Notes under the pieces: generated by a model
What the model saw: the letters and a program-made list of their open reading frames with translations, nothing else
Databases searched by the model: none
What the model was told of the DNA's origin: nothing
Origin: Verrucomicrobiia bacterium
Lineage (GTDB): Bacteria > Verrucomicrobiota > Verrucomicrobiia > Palsa-1439
Length of the DNA stretch: 64,000 nucleotides
NCBI GenBank assembly: GCA_035541135.1
Contig: DATKNW010000044.1
Coordinates: 4,489 to 68,488, forward strand
Direction of reading: 5' to 3'
Made by a program: the position numbers and the translations under genes
Shown here: in pieces, positions 41,523 to 50,214 of the stretch
Layout of the letters: every line of letters begins with the position of its first letter
Numbering within the stretch: position 1 is the first letter of the stretch

Positions 41523-42305
41523 ATGAAACGGGCGTATCTCACAGTGGTGCTCGCGACGATCTTGCCTGCAATCTCGGTACTTGCACAAGGCGGCGGGCAC
41601 GGCGGCGGTGGTGGCGGATTCCACGGAGGTGGAGGAGGGTTTCACGGAGGCGGCGGATTCCATGGAGGTGGTGGGTTCCATGGCGGGGGCGGCTACCATG
41701 GAGGCGGAGGGTTCCATGGCGGGGGTGGCTGGCATGGGGGCGGTTTTCATGGCGGATGGCACGGCGGGGGCGGTTTCTACCACGGGAGGGGTTACGGCTG
41801 GGGTCATTACGGGCGCGGATGGGGATACGGATATGGCGGCACGGTGATCATTGGCGGTTACGGATACCCGTACTGCTATCCGTCTTACGGTTACCCGTAT
41901 TATGGTGATTACGCCTATTACAGCGCGCCGGCGTACGATTATTCCGCCGATGTGCCGTACGGTTATTACAGTCCGACGCCGGATGTGACATACGATGCGC
42001 CGGTCACTGTGACGGCGGACGCGGGCACGCAGCCGAACGCCTATGCCACGCAGAACGCGCAGGGGTATTACGCGGTTGGCGATCAGTGGGGCAACGCGAT
42101 GAAGCAATACAAGCTGACCGTGGATCAATTGGTCACGTATCTGAGGTCGTACATCGCGACGGCTACACCGGCCCAACAGCAGGCGTTCCGTAGTGGGTTC
42201 GTTGCCAGCTCAATGCCCAACGCGGCCACGGTCTACGATTATGCGATGCGGCGGGCGGCTCCGACAAATCCAGCGGCTCCGCCGCCGCCGCCTGCACAGA
42301 GTTGA
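41523..42305 (+). CDS. Secreted glycine/histidine-rich tandem-repeat protein with Tyr/Pro-rich middle region
   Basis: Signal peptide MKRAYLTVVLATILPAISVLAQG. About 10 consecutive GGGG(F/Y/W)H units, then GYGWGHYGRGWGYGYGG and YPYCYPSYGYPYYGDYAYYS, then a Q/A-rich C-terminal domain ending in PPPPPAQS. Confidence 0.6.
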   Translation: MKRAYLTVVLATILPAISVLAQGGGHGGGGGGFHGGGGGFHGGGGFHGGGGFHGGGGYHGGGGFHGGGGWHGGGFHGGWHGGGGFYHGRGYGWGHYGRGWGYGYGGTVIIGGYGYPYCYPSYGYPYYGDYAYYSAPAYDYSADVPYGYYSPTPDVTYDAPVTVTADAGTQPNAYATQNAQGYYAVGDQWGNAMKQYKLTVDQLVTYLRSYIATATPAQQQAFRSGFVASSMPNAATVYDYAMRRAAPTNPAAPPPPPAQS

Positions 42306-42328
42306 CGCGGCCAGCAACCAAGCGATCC

Positions 42329-42368
42329 GATGCGCGCGGCTTAAACCGCCGCGCGCATCTTGTTTTGT
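42329..42368 (+). terminator. Strong Rho-independent terminator
   Basis: Perfect 12-bp GC-rich stem GATGCGCGCGGC / GCCGCGCGCATC with 7-nt loop, followed by TTGTTTTGT. Confidence 0.75.
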
Positions 42369-42409
42369 CGCTTGAGGTGACGGGCAACTCCGCGTAGCAT
42401 GTGCATCTC

Positions 42410-43267
42410 ATGGGCGGCGCCAACAATCAGCACGGTCTCTTGCAGGGCGCCCGCGTGTATTTATCGGGGCCGATGGATTTTGTGGCCTCGCGGGCGGCGG
42501 AAAAAAAGTTCGGCTGGCGCAATCGTGTCGGCGAATTCCTCGAAGCGATGGGCGTAACGGTGTTCGACCCGTGGTTCAAGCCTGACGTGCGCGGCTTGTA
42601 CGAGTACGGGCGCGAGGACGTCAAGAGCGGCGAGCGGATCAAGGCGCGGTGGACATACGCACCGGGCCCGAAGGGGGCGGAGGCGCGATCGTGGTGCGCC
42701 AGGCAGTTCTGGGAGACGTTGCACATCGATCTGCGGATGGTCGACACGAGCGATTTTACGATTTCATATTGTCCGACGAACATCTACAGCGTCGGCACGC
42801 CACACGAGATCATCATGGCGACGTTGCAGCACAAGCCGGTGCTGTTCGTGAGTCCGCCGGTGAATTTCCCGACGCTTCACGAATTGCGCGAGCATCTGCA
42901 GAACGATCCCCAGGGCGCGGAATTGCTGGCACGGTTGGAGCGGGAGATTCCGATTCGCGAGAACCCGCGCGGCATCCCAAGCCTGTGGTACATTCCGCTG
43001 GTCGGCGGCGAGAATTTCTTCGACGGATTCGGGTTCGCGGCGTACCGCAGGAAGATGGGATGGAAGGACGAGATCGCGGTGGATGACCATGAGCGGCGGC
43101 ACAAACCGCGCCGGCCGCTGTTGCCGTTCCTAGAGAGGCTGAATCACAAGCTGCCCAGGAAATGGGATCGCAAGCTGCGCAAGTTCGTTCCCGACGACGA
43201 TTGGCTGCTGTGGGATTTCCAGCAGGGCAAGAAACGCGGGAAACATCTGGGCGGAGTTCGGCACTGA
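42410..43267 (+). CDS. Nucleoside 2-deoxyribosyltransferase-like (NDT/SLOG-related Rossmann) domain protein with basic C-terminal extension
   Basis: VYLSGPM (NDT YLAGP motif) ... IDLRMVDTSDFTISYCPTNIYSVGTPHEIIMATLQHKPVLFVS (D...D....A.L.G...D.GT..E.G.A...KPV pattern). ORF track start is GTG 42401; ATG 42410 is preferred because a TTGAGG-N17-TAGCAT promoter-like element ends at 42400. Confidence 0.5.
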   Translation: MGGANNQHGLLQGARVYLSGPMDFVASRAAEKKFGWRNRVGEFLEAMGVTVFDPWFKPDVRGLYEYGREDVKSGERIKARWTYAPGPKGAEARSWCARQFWETLHIDLRMVDTSDFTISYCPTNIYSVGTPHEIIMATLQHKPVLFVSPPVNFPTLHELREHLQNDPQGAELLARLEREIPIRENPRGIPSLWYIPLVGGENFFDGFGFAAYRRKMGWKDEIAVDDHERRHKPRRPLLPFLERLNHKLPRKWDRKLRKFVPDDDWLLWDFQQGKKRGKHLGGVRH

Positions 43268-43268
43268 G

Positions 43269-43508
43269 ATGACGACGGTCGAACAAGAGCTGCGCGACGC
43301 GCTGCTGGAATTCACGCGGGCGGCCGGTGAGAACAGACGGGAAGCGGTCTCCGCGGCGCTGGCGCGAGTGACGGAATTGCAGAAGCGACTTGGCCCGGAC
43401 GCGCCGGAGATGTTGCGGCATTATCTCGAGCGGCGCAGCTACCAGAAGGCATTGGATTTTCTCAATTCGGGCCGGCCCGAGACCGAAACGCCGCAGTGCG
43501 GACATTAG
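43269..43508 (+). CDS. Small hypothetical protein (79 aa), translationally coupled to the upstream NDT-like gene
   Basis: TGAnATG junction with the upstream gene. Helical, acidic. No family recognised. Confidence 0.4.
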   Translation: MTTVEQELRDALLEFTRAAGENRREAVSAALARVTELQKRLGPDAPEMLRHYLERRSYQKALDFLNSGRPETETPQCGH

Positions 43509-45397
43509 GTCTGCGGCTCGCTCGTCTTCAGCGAGAGTACGGGGCAGTACGGTCCCAACAATGTGCGGCGCCACCACGCGCCGGTGTCGCGGCGCTGGGC
43601 GAAGGTGGTGAAGTGATAGTCGTAGACCATGGCGCGGACGTAACGCGGCGGCGCGTTGGGGAAGGGATTCGTTTTGAGGAGGGCGAGCACCTCTGGCTGA
43701 CCTCGCAGCAGCTTCTCGCAAAAACTGAGGAACCACTGGCTGGGCCGGGCACGGCCGACGCGGAGGGCTTCGAACCACATCTGCCAGTCGAGACGCGGCT
43801 GGAACGGCTCGATGAATGCGGGACGGTGGTTGAGGTCGCCGGGTTTGTATTTGAATTCGTACGGACGCCACGTCTGGGCGTCATCGCTTCCCTCGATGAC
43901 GATCTCGGGCCGGACCGTGGTCATGAAGGCGAACAGGCCGTAACCGTTGAAGCTGCGGGTCGGCGAGAGAATGTCGTACAGCTCCACCATCGGGAACGGC
44001 CACGCGATTTCCTCGCGGAACGCACTCGCCAGCGTCATGGAGGTGACGGGGAGGACAATGAGCGCGAGGGGGACGGTGACCCAATTCGGCCAGCGCAGCC
44101 GGCCAGGTTTCGGCTGAAGATTTCGCCATCGCACCGGGACGAATCGTTGCAGCGCGGCGTCGTCGAGCAGAAGAACGCCGAGCGCGATGGTGAGCAAATT
44201 GAAGAAGCAGTAATTGCCCGCGGCGGCAATGAGAAGCATGAGAAGGGTGATCGCGCCCGCAGCGACGAACCGCAGGCGGCGCGGGGTGAAGATCAGAAAC
44301 GGCGTGCCCAATTCGATGGCGAACATGACCGCGCAAGAGAATTTCTGGAACCAGAGCGGGAGTTGATTCGCGTACCAGGCAATCCACGTCGGCAGCGGCT
44401 GGGTTTCGTAGTGGAACGTCAGGGCCGTGAGGCTGCGCCAGGTCGGGTCATGCGTGGCGAGCTTGACCACGCCCGAGGCGAACATGAGTCGAAAGAGCAG
44501 CCAACGCAACAGCCAGAGCACGATGCGAGATGGCGGGGCTTCGCGTTTCAGATCCGGCAGCAATTGCAGGGGCGCGAAGAAGATGGCGAGGAGGCTGGTT
44601 TCGAGGAGCAGCGCGTCCCATTGATAGCCGAGGAAGATGTCACCGACGACCGAGAGCGAGAGATAGAAGAGCCAGAGTGTTGCCAGCGCGGGCGCGGGTG
44701 CGAATCCGAAGATCACAAGGAGCGATAAGATTGTCCCACCCGCGCAGAGGAAATGCAGAAAGCCGTCGCTGGCGCTGAACCAGCAGAGGGTCGGCATCTG
44801 CCAGTGGATGCTCCAACCGTTGGGTTCCTGGACCCAGATGCGCGCCAGATCCATCAGATGCGCCGCGGGCATGATCCCGTGGCGGCCAATCAGGCCGTCT
44901 ACCTGCGTCCACAGCGAGAGAAAGGCGAACAGGTACGCGAGGCCGAGGAGACGGAGGAACAACCACCGCGTGAGGAAGTGGGTGGGTTGCTCGACGTGTT
45001 GGCCCCAGAGCAAGCGCGTGAGGAACGAGAACCCGGTGCGATGTTTCGCGACGAAGTGGTAGAAGGATTCGGTGACGACGGCCACGCCGGGCACGCTTCG
45101 GTACATCTCCAACGGCCAGCGGTGGCGCGGCGCGAATGCCAAGGTACGGAACACGGCATCGCCGGCGGAGTACATCGAGCCGTCGGTATCGATGAGTTGG
45201 ACGGACTGCTCGCATTGTTCGCGGGGCAACTCGGGAAATCGTTCGGCGACGCTCGGATGTTGAAAGGGAACGTACTCGACACGATCGCCCGTGGCATCGC
45301 GCCAACGTGAAACCCAGCGGCGGCAGAAATTGCAGTCGCCATCGAAGACGAGAACAGGCTTGGGCGGGGGCGCAGCCGTTCTGCCGACCTGAGTCAT
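43505..45397 (-). CDS. DCC-family thiol-disulfide oxidoreductase (DUF393) fused to lipase maturation factor (LMF1-like) membrane domain
   Basis: N-terminal VLVFDGDCNFCRRWV (DCC1 motif), then a polytopic LMF-like region. This is a known domain architecture. Confidence 0.7.
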   Translation of the reverse strand: MTQVGRTAAPPPKPVLVFDGDCNFCRRWVSRWRDATGDRVEYVPFQHPSVAERFPELPREQCEQSVQLIDTDGSMYSAGDAVFRTLAFAPRHRWPLEMYRSVPGVAVVTESFYHFVAKHRTGFSFLTRLLWGQHVEQPTHFLTRWLFLRLLGLAYLFAFLSLWTQVDGLIGRHGIMPAAHLMDLARIWVQEPNGWSIHWQMPTLCWFSASDGFLHFLCAGGTILSLLVIFGFAPAPALATLWLFYLSLSVVGDIFLGYQWDALLLETSLLAIFFAPLQLLPDLKREAPPSRIVLWLLRWLLFRLMFASGVVKLATHDPTWRSLTALTFHYETQPLPTWIAWYANQLPLWFQKFSCAVMFAIELGTPFLIFTPRRLRFVAAGAITLLMLLIAAAGNYCFFNLLTIALGVLLLDDAALQRFVPVRWRNLQPKPGRLRWPNWVTVPLALIVLPVTSMTLASAFREEIAWPFPMVELYDILSPTRSFNGYGLFAFMTTVRPEIVIEGSDDAQTWRPYEFKYKPGDLNHRPAFIEPFQPRLDWQMWFEALRVGRARPSQWFLSFCEKLLRGQPEVLALLKTNPFPNAPPRYVRAMVYDYHFTTFAQRRDTGAWWRRTLLGPYCPVLSLKTSEPQT

Positions 45398-45450
45398 ACG
45401 GATACTCTACCCCGTCTGAGCAGACGATCAAAAGCCGAAAGCGCAGGGCG

Positions 45451-47109
45451 TCAGATCTTGGCCTGTTCGAGGCGGGCGCGGGCTTGCGTGAAGGACGGGT
45501 CGACGCGGAGGGCCTCGTGAAATTGGGCGTTGGCGAGCGTGGGGCGACCCTGTTTGGAAAACGCAAGGCCAAGGTTGTAGTGGGCGTAGGCGGAGCGGGG
45601 ATTCAATTCGATCGCTTTCTCAAGCTTCGTGACGGCGTCATCGAGTTTGCCCTCCATGCCGAGAGCGACGCCCCAATTCGCCCAGGCCATCGCGTAATCG
45701 GGACGAAGCTGGACTGCGCGCTGGTAGTTGGCAACGGCTTCGGCGGGCCGTCCGTCAGCGGCCAGCGCGGTGCCGAGTTCGGTGAACGCGCGCCAGTTGC
45801 CGGGGCGTTTCGCGGCGGTGTCGCTCCAAATGGCGAGGGCGCTACGGTAATCGTCGTTGCGGCGCGCCGTGGCGGTGGTGAGAATAGCCACGAGCACTGC
45901 AATCGCTGCGGAGGCAATCCACCGGCACTGCGGGAGAGTCAATCTGCGGGCGGTGACGGCGGCCATGACCGCGGTGTGGCAACCGAGGACGACGACGACG
46001 ATGATCGGGATCAGCGGCAAATACATGCGGCGTTCCGCGGCCACTTCGCCCCAGAGAGGCAGGAACGACGATGTTGGGGCGAGGATAAGGAAGAAGAACG
46101 CACCGAGGAAACCGAGCGCGGGACGGTATCGCAACGCCCAAGCTGTTGCGGCCAACGTAGCCAGAATGGCGACGCATGACGCGACGAGCGGAAGCGAGAG
46201 ATGAGCGATGGGCCAGTCGAGATAGTCGAGGACGAGCGGTGACGGCCAGAAGCTGAGTTTCACGTAATGGACGATTACTTCGCTCTGCGTGCGCAGATAC
46301 TGCAAGGTACTGAACGGGTCGCCGCCGCCGCGTTTGACTGCAAAATCGGTATTGAAGAATCCCGCGATCACCACGAGCCAGGTCGCGGCCAGTGCGATGT
46401 GCAGCAGTCGACGTTGACGCCAGGCGGAGCGGAGAGATTGCGAAAGAAAGCTGTAATCGTAGAGCAGTACGACGAGCGGCGCCGAGACCATGACCTCTTT
46501 CGTGCCCATTCCCAGGGCGCAGGCGATGACGGCGGCGACGTGCCAGGGCGTGGCGCGCGGCAAGGTCGCGCCGCGGATGACGCAGTACAGCGTCAGCAGA
46601 TAGAACAGCGCCATGAGCCCCTCGGTGCGCTGGATGATGTAAGTGACGACGTTCGTGGCGAGTGGGTGAACGCTCCAGATGAGGGCCACAGTTAACGCAA
46701 TCCCTGTGGCACTGCCTCGCAGGGGCTCCCCAAATCGCGGGAGGGCGAGCGTGCGTCGGACGACGTTGAACAACAGCAGGGCGGTAAGGACGTGGAGGAT
46801 GAGATTGACGATGTGATAGCCCATTGGATCCAGGCCACCGAGTGCGTAGTTGATCGCGAGGGAAAAATTGGCGATCGGGCGCGAATGGATGGCGCTGGCG
46901 GGGATGGTGGCGAGAGGAACTGACAGGGGCCAGAATTGGTGGATGCTGGGGTTACGCTGGATGGCCGGGATATCGTCGAAGATCATTGGGCCGTGGAGAC
47001 TGTTCGCGTAAGCCAGGAGCGCGGCGGCGACGATGAGGACGGGGGCGAGCCGTGAGAGGCTGACTATCGGCTGCGGCCGTGGCGTGCCAAAATTGTCCGG
47101 GTGATCCAT
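45451..47109 (-). CDS. TMTC-like membrane protein with C-terminal TPR repeats (DUF1736/PMT-related)
   Basis: MIFDDIPAIQRN (TMTC FDD..AI..N motif), ~9 TM helices, C-terminal TPR repeats (AWANWGVALGMEGKLDDAVTKLEKAIELNP...). Start taken at MDHPD. A Pro/Ser-rich upstream extension to 47391 is possible. Confidence 0.65.
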   Translation of the reverse strand: MDHPDNFGTPRPQPIVSLSRLAPVLIVAAALLAYANSLHGPMIFDDIPAIQRNPSIHQFWPLSVPLATIPASAIHSRPIANFSLAINYALGGLDPMGYHIVNLILHVLTALLLFNVVRRTLALPRFGEPLRGSATGIALTVALIWSVHPLATNVVTYIIQRTEGLMALFYLLTLYCVIRGATLPRATPWHVAAVIACALGMGTKEVMVSAPLVVLLYDYSFLSQSLRSAWRQRRLLHIALAATWLVVIAGFFNTDFAVKRGGGDPFSTLQYLRTQSEVIVHYVKLSFWPSPLVLDYLDWPIAHLSLPLVASCVAILATLAATAWALRYRPALGFLGAFFFLILAPTSSFLPLWGEVAAERRMYLPLIPIIVVVVLGCHTAVMAAVTARRLTLPQCRWIASAAIAVLVAILTTATARRNDDYRSALAIWSDTAAKRPGNWRAFTELGTALAADGRPAEAVANYQRAVQLRPDYAMAWANWGVALGMEGKLDDAVTKLEKAIELNPRSAYAHYNLGLAFSKQGRPTLANAQFHEALRVDPSFTQARARLEQAKI

Positions 47110-47161
47110 CAGCCTATTGGGGCAGCAATTGTCTTGCCGCAAGATGGCCCTGCGAGCCTGA

Positions 47162-48463
47162 TTATTCCTGGCCGGGTTTGTAGTGGAGGCAATCTTCGAG
47201 GGTGCTTTCGTAGTAGCCGCCGCCGGAGCCGCCGGTTTTCTGGTGGGCGAGGACGCAAGCGATGATCTTCTGGCGGATGGCTGCGGCTTCCGGGAAATCG
47301 CGGTCGGTCCAGAAGCGTTCCTTCTTGTCGAAGAAGCCGATGCGGGCGAGGAAGGAGGTGGCGTAGTATTCGCCCTCTTCGAGCGAGCCATCGGCGATGT
47401 TGGGTTTGAACGAGCCGTCGGGTTGCAGCGAGTCGTTGAGGCACCAGTGGAGCATCTTTTCGATCTCGGTGGTCATGGCTTGTCTCTGGGCAGCGCTTGC
47501 ATGAGGCCAGCCGGCTTTGAAGAGCGCGACGACGTCCATGTTGTTGTGGTTCCAATACTGGCCTTTCAGGAGCCAGCCAACGGGGAAATCGAGGTCTTTG
47601 ACGGCGAGCGTGGTATCGATGACGCGAGGCAGGTCAGGGACATCGCCATGAAGATACGTCACGACGTGGAAGGTCGTGCTCAGGTCATCGACGAATACGA
47701 TGCGGCCGTCACGGACATAGCGTTCGCCCCACCAACCCGTGGCGGGATTGCGGAGGTGAAAGAGGAGATGGCGGAGCGTGGCGCGCAGGCGCGGGTCCCA
47801 GGGATAGCCGTGCGGGCGATCGCGCAAGATCAGGCGGGTCAGGTCGGAGACGGACAGATTGAATTCGCCGAGGTGATCGATGCCCGTGCGGGGAATGTCG
47901 GAGACCGAGATGGAATTGAGATACGCGGAGAGTTTTTCGGGCGAGTTGATTTGATCGAGGAAGCGCGGATAGATCGCCGGTGATTTGTGTCTGTTCGAGA
48001 ACTCCATCAGCGGATCGGTGGACGCATCGAGCTTGCAGTACCATTCCGAGAAGCATCGGCCCCAACTGCCGTCCCGGGGGTCCTGCTGATTCGCCAAGCT
48101 CTCTTCCTCGGGATCGGCGAGACTGTCTTGGAGGTCAGTGATGCGTTGATCAATGAACTGGAAGTCGGCGCTTGTCATGATCAGCGCTTTCAGTTCCCAC
48201 AGAATCTGGTGCGAGCAGGAGGTGCTCTGGTTGGTGGCCTCGCGGGCCTGGACGGTGGCGTAGAGCGCGCGGAGTTTGGTGATGCGCGCGGCTCGCTCCT
48301 CTTTGTAACGCGGATCGAAAGCGATGAACTCCTGCTCGGTCTTCGCTTTTTGCTGGAGATCGGCTGGGGGCGCTTGGACGACCCGCGGCGCGCTGGTCGC
48401 GCAGGAGGTTAGGAGGACGACGAGGGGGAGCGCTGCTACAGTTCTGATTTTCGGTAGTTTCAT
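47162..48463 (-). CDS. Hypothetical lipoprotein (~433 aa)
   Basis: Lipobox signal MKLPKIRTVAALPLVVLLTSC. Large soluble domain of unknown family. Confidence 0.5.
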   Translation of the reverse strand: MKLPKIRTVAALPLVVLLTSCATSAPRVVQAPPADLQQKAKTEQEFIAFDPRYKEERAARITKLRALYATVQAREATNQSTSCSHQILWELKALIMTSADFQFIDQRITDLQDSLADPEEESLANQQDPRDGSWGRCFSEWYCKLDASTDPLMEFSNRHKSPAIYPRFLDQINSPEKLSAYLNSISVSDIPRTGIDHLGEFNLSVSDLTRLILRDRPHGYPWDPRLRATLRHLLFHLRNPATGWWGERYVRDGRIVFVDDLSTTFHVVTYLHGDVPDLPRVIDTTLAVKDLDFPVGWLLKGQYWNHNNMDVVALFKAGWPHASAAQRQAMTTEIEKMLHWCLNDSLQPDGSFKPNIADGSLEEGEYYATSFLARIGFFDKKERFWTDRDFPEAAAIRQKIIACVLAHQKTGGSGGGYYESTLEDCLHYKPGQE

Positions 48464-48464
48464 T

Positions 48465-49967
48465 TCAGGTAATCTGGATGGTTCGACCGCAAGCGGTACA
48501 GGTGACGTGAGGCGCGGCGAAAGCGGGGCTGAGTTGAATGGTACGACCACAGGCGCAGCGGAACGATTCCCAACTATTGCGATTCGTGCGCTGGAATTGA
48601 AACATGCCGGTGGGCGCAAGCACCGGTGGAGCGATGCCGGCGATGACCGGCGGGATGACGTCGGGCTTTGCCGGCGGCGCGGGTGCGGCGGCCAGGATGG
48701 TGAGGACGCTGCCACAACGGATGCAGCGGATCGTGTCCTGTTCGTAGCCCTCGGGCACGGAGATATCGAGGCCGCAATTGCAATGGAGGCGCATGTAGCC
48801 GTGGTAGCGACGGACCACATCGTGGGTTTCGCGGCGGGATTGAATCGGGCCGTCGTTGGAGGGGGCACGGATGGTTTGCGCGGTCGCGGATTTGAGCGTC
48901 TGCGAACCGATGAGCGAACCGCCTTTGGCGCGACGCCAAGCCGCTTCGTAGTCGGCGAACGACGCGCCGGTCATCGCGCGCAGGATGCGGACGCGGTCGG
49001 CGGTTGGCGGATGCGAGGAGAAGACGCTGTCGGCCTCGCCGCTGGCGGCGGTCAGGGGATTGACGATGAACATCGGGGCGGTGGCCTCGCTGGCGAAACT
49101 GGCCGGCACGTGAGCTCCCGCGATTTTTTCCAGGGCGGAGGCGAGTCCCTCGGGATAGCGCGTGAACTCGGCGGAACTGGCATCGGCGAGGTACTCGCGT
49201 TTGCGGGAGCAGGCGAAATAAAGGATTTGGGCCATGATCGGGCCGAGGATGGCGAACAACAGGCCGACGATGAGGATGATAATCGCCGCTCCGCCTTCGC
49301 CGTCGCGAGAACTGGAGCGGGTGCGGACCCGGCCGCCATACCAGAAATACTGGCGGACGATCACGGAGAGGATGACGATGCTGCCGAGCATGACCGCGGC
49401 GAGGGTCATGAATTGCACATCGCGATTTTTCATGTGGCCGATCTCGTGGCCGATGACGCCCTGCAGTTCGTCGCGGTTGAGGCGGTACAGCAGGCCGGAG
49501 GTGACGCAGACTGCGCTGGTCTCGGGTTTGCGGCCGACAGCGAAGGCGTTCGGCGCGTCGTCATCGATCAGATAGATCTTCGGGGTGAAGCCGAGGCCGG
49601 AAGCGAGGACCATTTCGTCGACGACATTGAACAACTGCGGGCTGTCCTCGCGTTTCAATTCGCGGGCGGACGTGCCGTGAAGGAGAACATCCTCGGCGCT
49701 GGTGAAATAGACGACGAGCATCACCGTCAGGATGACCAGCGCGAGGCCGACGCCGATCATGCCGCCGGTGCCGTCAGAGGAAGCAACGTCCGACGAGTCA
49801 TAGGACTGATAGCTGTAGCCGTGGTGGTGGCGAGAGAAGAGTTGATGGTGAGCGACGCCCCAGAACATCGCCTCGCCGGCGACATAGCCGAGGATGACGA
49901 GCATCACTCCCATGACGATGATCAGCAGGATGGAACGTCGGCGATTGGAGGCGATGACTTCCCACAT
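48465..49967 (-). CDS. M48-family zinc metalloprotease (HtpX-like) with two C-terminal zinc-ribbon modules
   Basis: HEIGHMKNRD zincin motif and 4 TM helices. C-terminal HCNCG...CIRCGS and CACGR...CTACGR paired CxC/CxxC ribbons. Confidence 0.75.
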   Translation of the reverse strand: MWEVIASNRRRSILLIIVMGVMLVILGYVAGEAMFWGVAHHQLFSRHHHGYSYQSYDSSDVASSDGTGGMIGVGLALVILTVMLVVYFTSAEDVLLHGTSARELKREDSPQLFNVVDEMVLASGLGFTPKIYLIDDDAPNAFAVGRKPETSAVCVTSGLLYRLNRDELQGVIGHEIGHMKNRDVQFMTLAAVMLGSIVILSVIVRQYFWYGGRVRTRSSSRDGEGGAAIIILIVGLLFAILGPIMAQILYFACSRKREYLADASSAEFTRYPEGLASALEKIAGAHVPASFASEATAPMFIVNPLTAASGEADSVFSSHPPTADRVRILRAMTGASFADYEAAWRRAKGGSLIGSQTLKSATAQTIRAPSNDGPIQSRRETHDVVRRYHGYMRLHCNCGLDISVPEGYEQDTIRCIRCGSVLTILAAAPAPPAKPDVIPPVIAGIAPPVLAPTGMFQFQRTNRNSWESFRCACGRTIQLSPAFAAPHVTCTACGRTIQIT

Positions 49968-50076
49968 GGCGGAAAGGGAATTGGGTTATGGGAGTAGTGG
50001 AATAATGGAGTGTTGGGTTATTGAGGCGATGGGCTGATGGGTTGCGGGATGGGCCCACAAGGGGCGCGGCGACAGA

Positions 50077-50094
50077 CCCCGAAACAGTTCGGGG
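50077..50094. repeat. REP-like palindromic hairpin (copy 1)
   Basis: CCCCGAAACAGTTCGGGG followed by TAGGGCG (GTAG tetranucleotide at the stem end). Confidence 0.4.
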
Positions 50095-50144
50095 TAGGGC
50101 GCGACCGCTGGGCGCGCCGCGCCATTCGAATGCGGTCGGCCCGG

Positions 50145-50163
50145 CCCCGAAACGGATTCGGGG
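50145..50163. repeat. REP-like palindromic hairpin (copy 2)
   Basis: CCCCGAAACGGATTCGGGG followed by CAGGCGG. Same stem as copy 1, 68 bp away, in the lemA/htpX-like intergenic region. Confidence 0.4.
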
Positions 50164-50214
50164 CAGGCGGGTCAGACGCTACCAACAACCCTTCGGATGT
50201 GGTTTGCCGGAACA

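Noticed and set aside
41581-41908. Alternative-frame ORFs inside the Gly/His repeat gene (e.g. 41513-41908 Arg/Trp-rich)
   Set aside because: They are frame-shifted readings of the same tandem repeat. The GGGGFH frame has the signal peptide and continues into a non-repetitive C-terminal domain.
43496-44728. 410-aa + strand ORF and 48324-49997 + strand ORF (557 aa)
   Set aside because: They are antisense to the LMF-like membrane protein and the M48 protease respectively. Their translations are Gly/Arg/Glu-rich and lack TM or catalytic motifs, whereas the minus-strand products carry HEIGH and DCC motifs.
47110-47391. N-terminal 95-aa Pro/Ser/Ala-rich extension of the TMTC-like protein (start at 47391)
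   Set aside because: The low-complexity, RBS-less extension overlaps the upstream lipoprotein gene end. The internal MDHPDNF start gives a normal TMTC-like N-terminus. The extension is kept only as an alternative.
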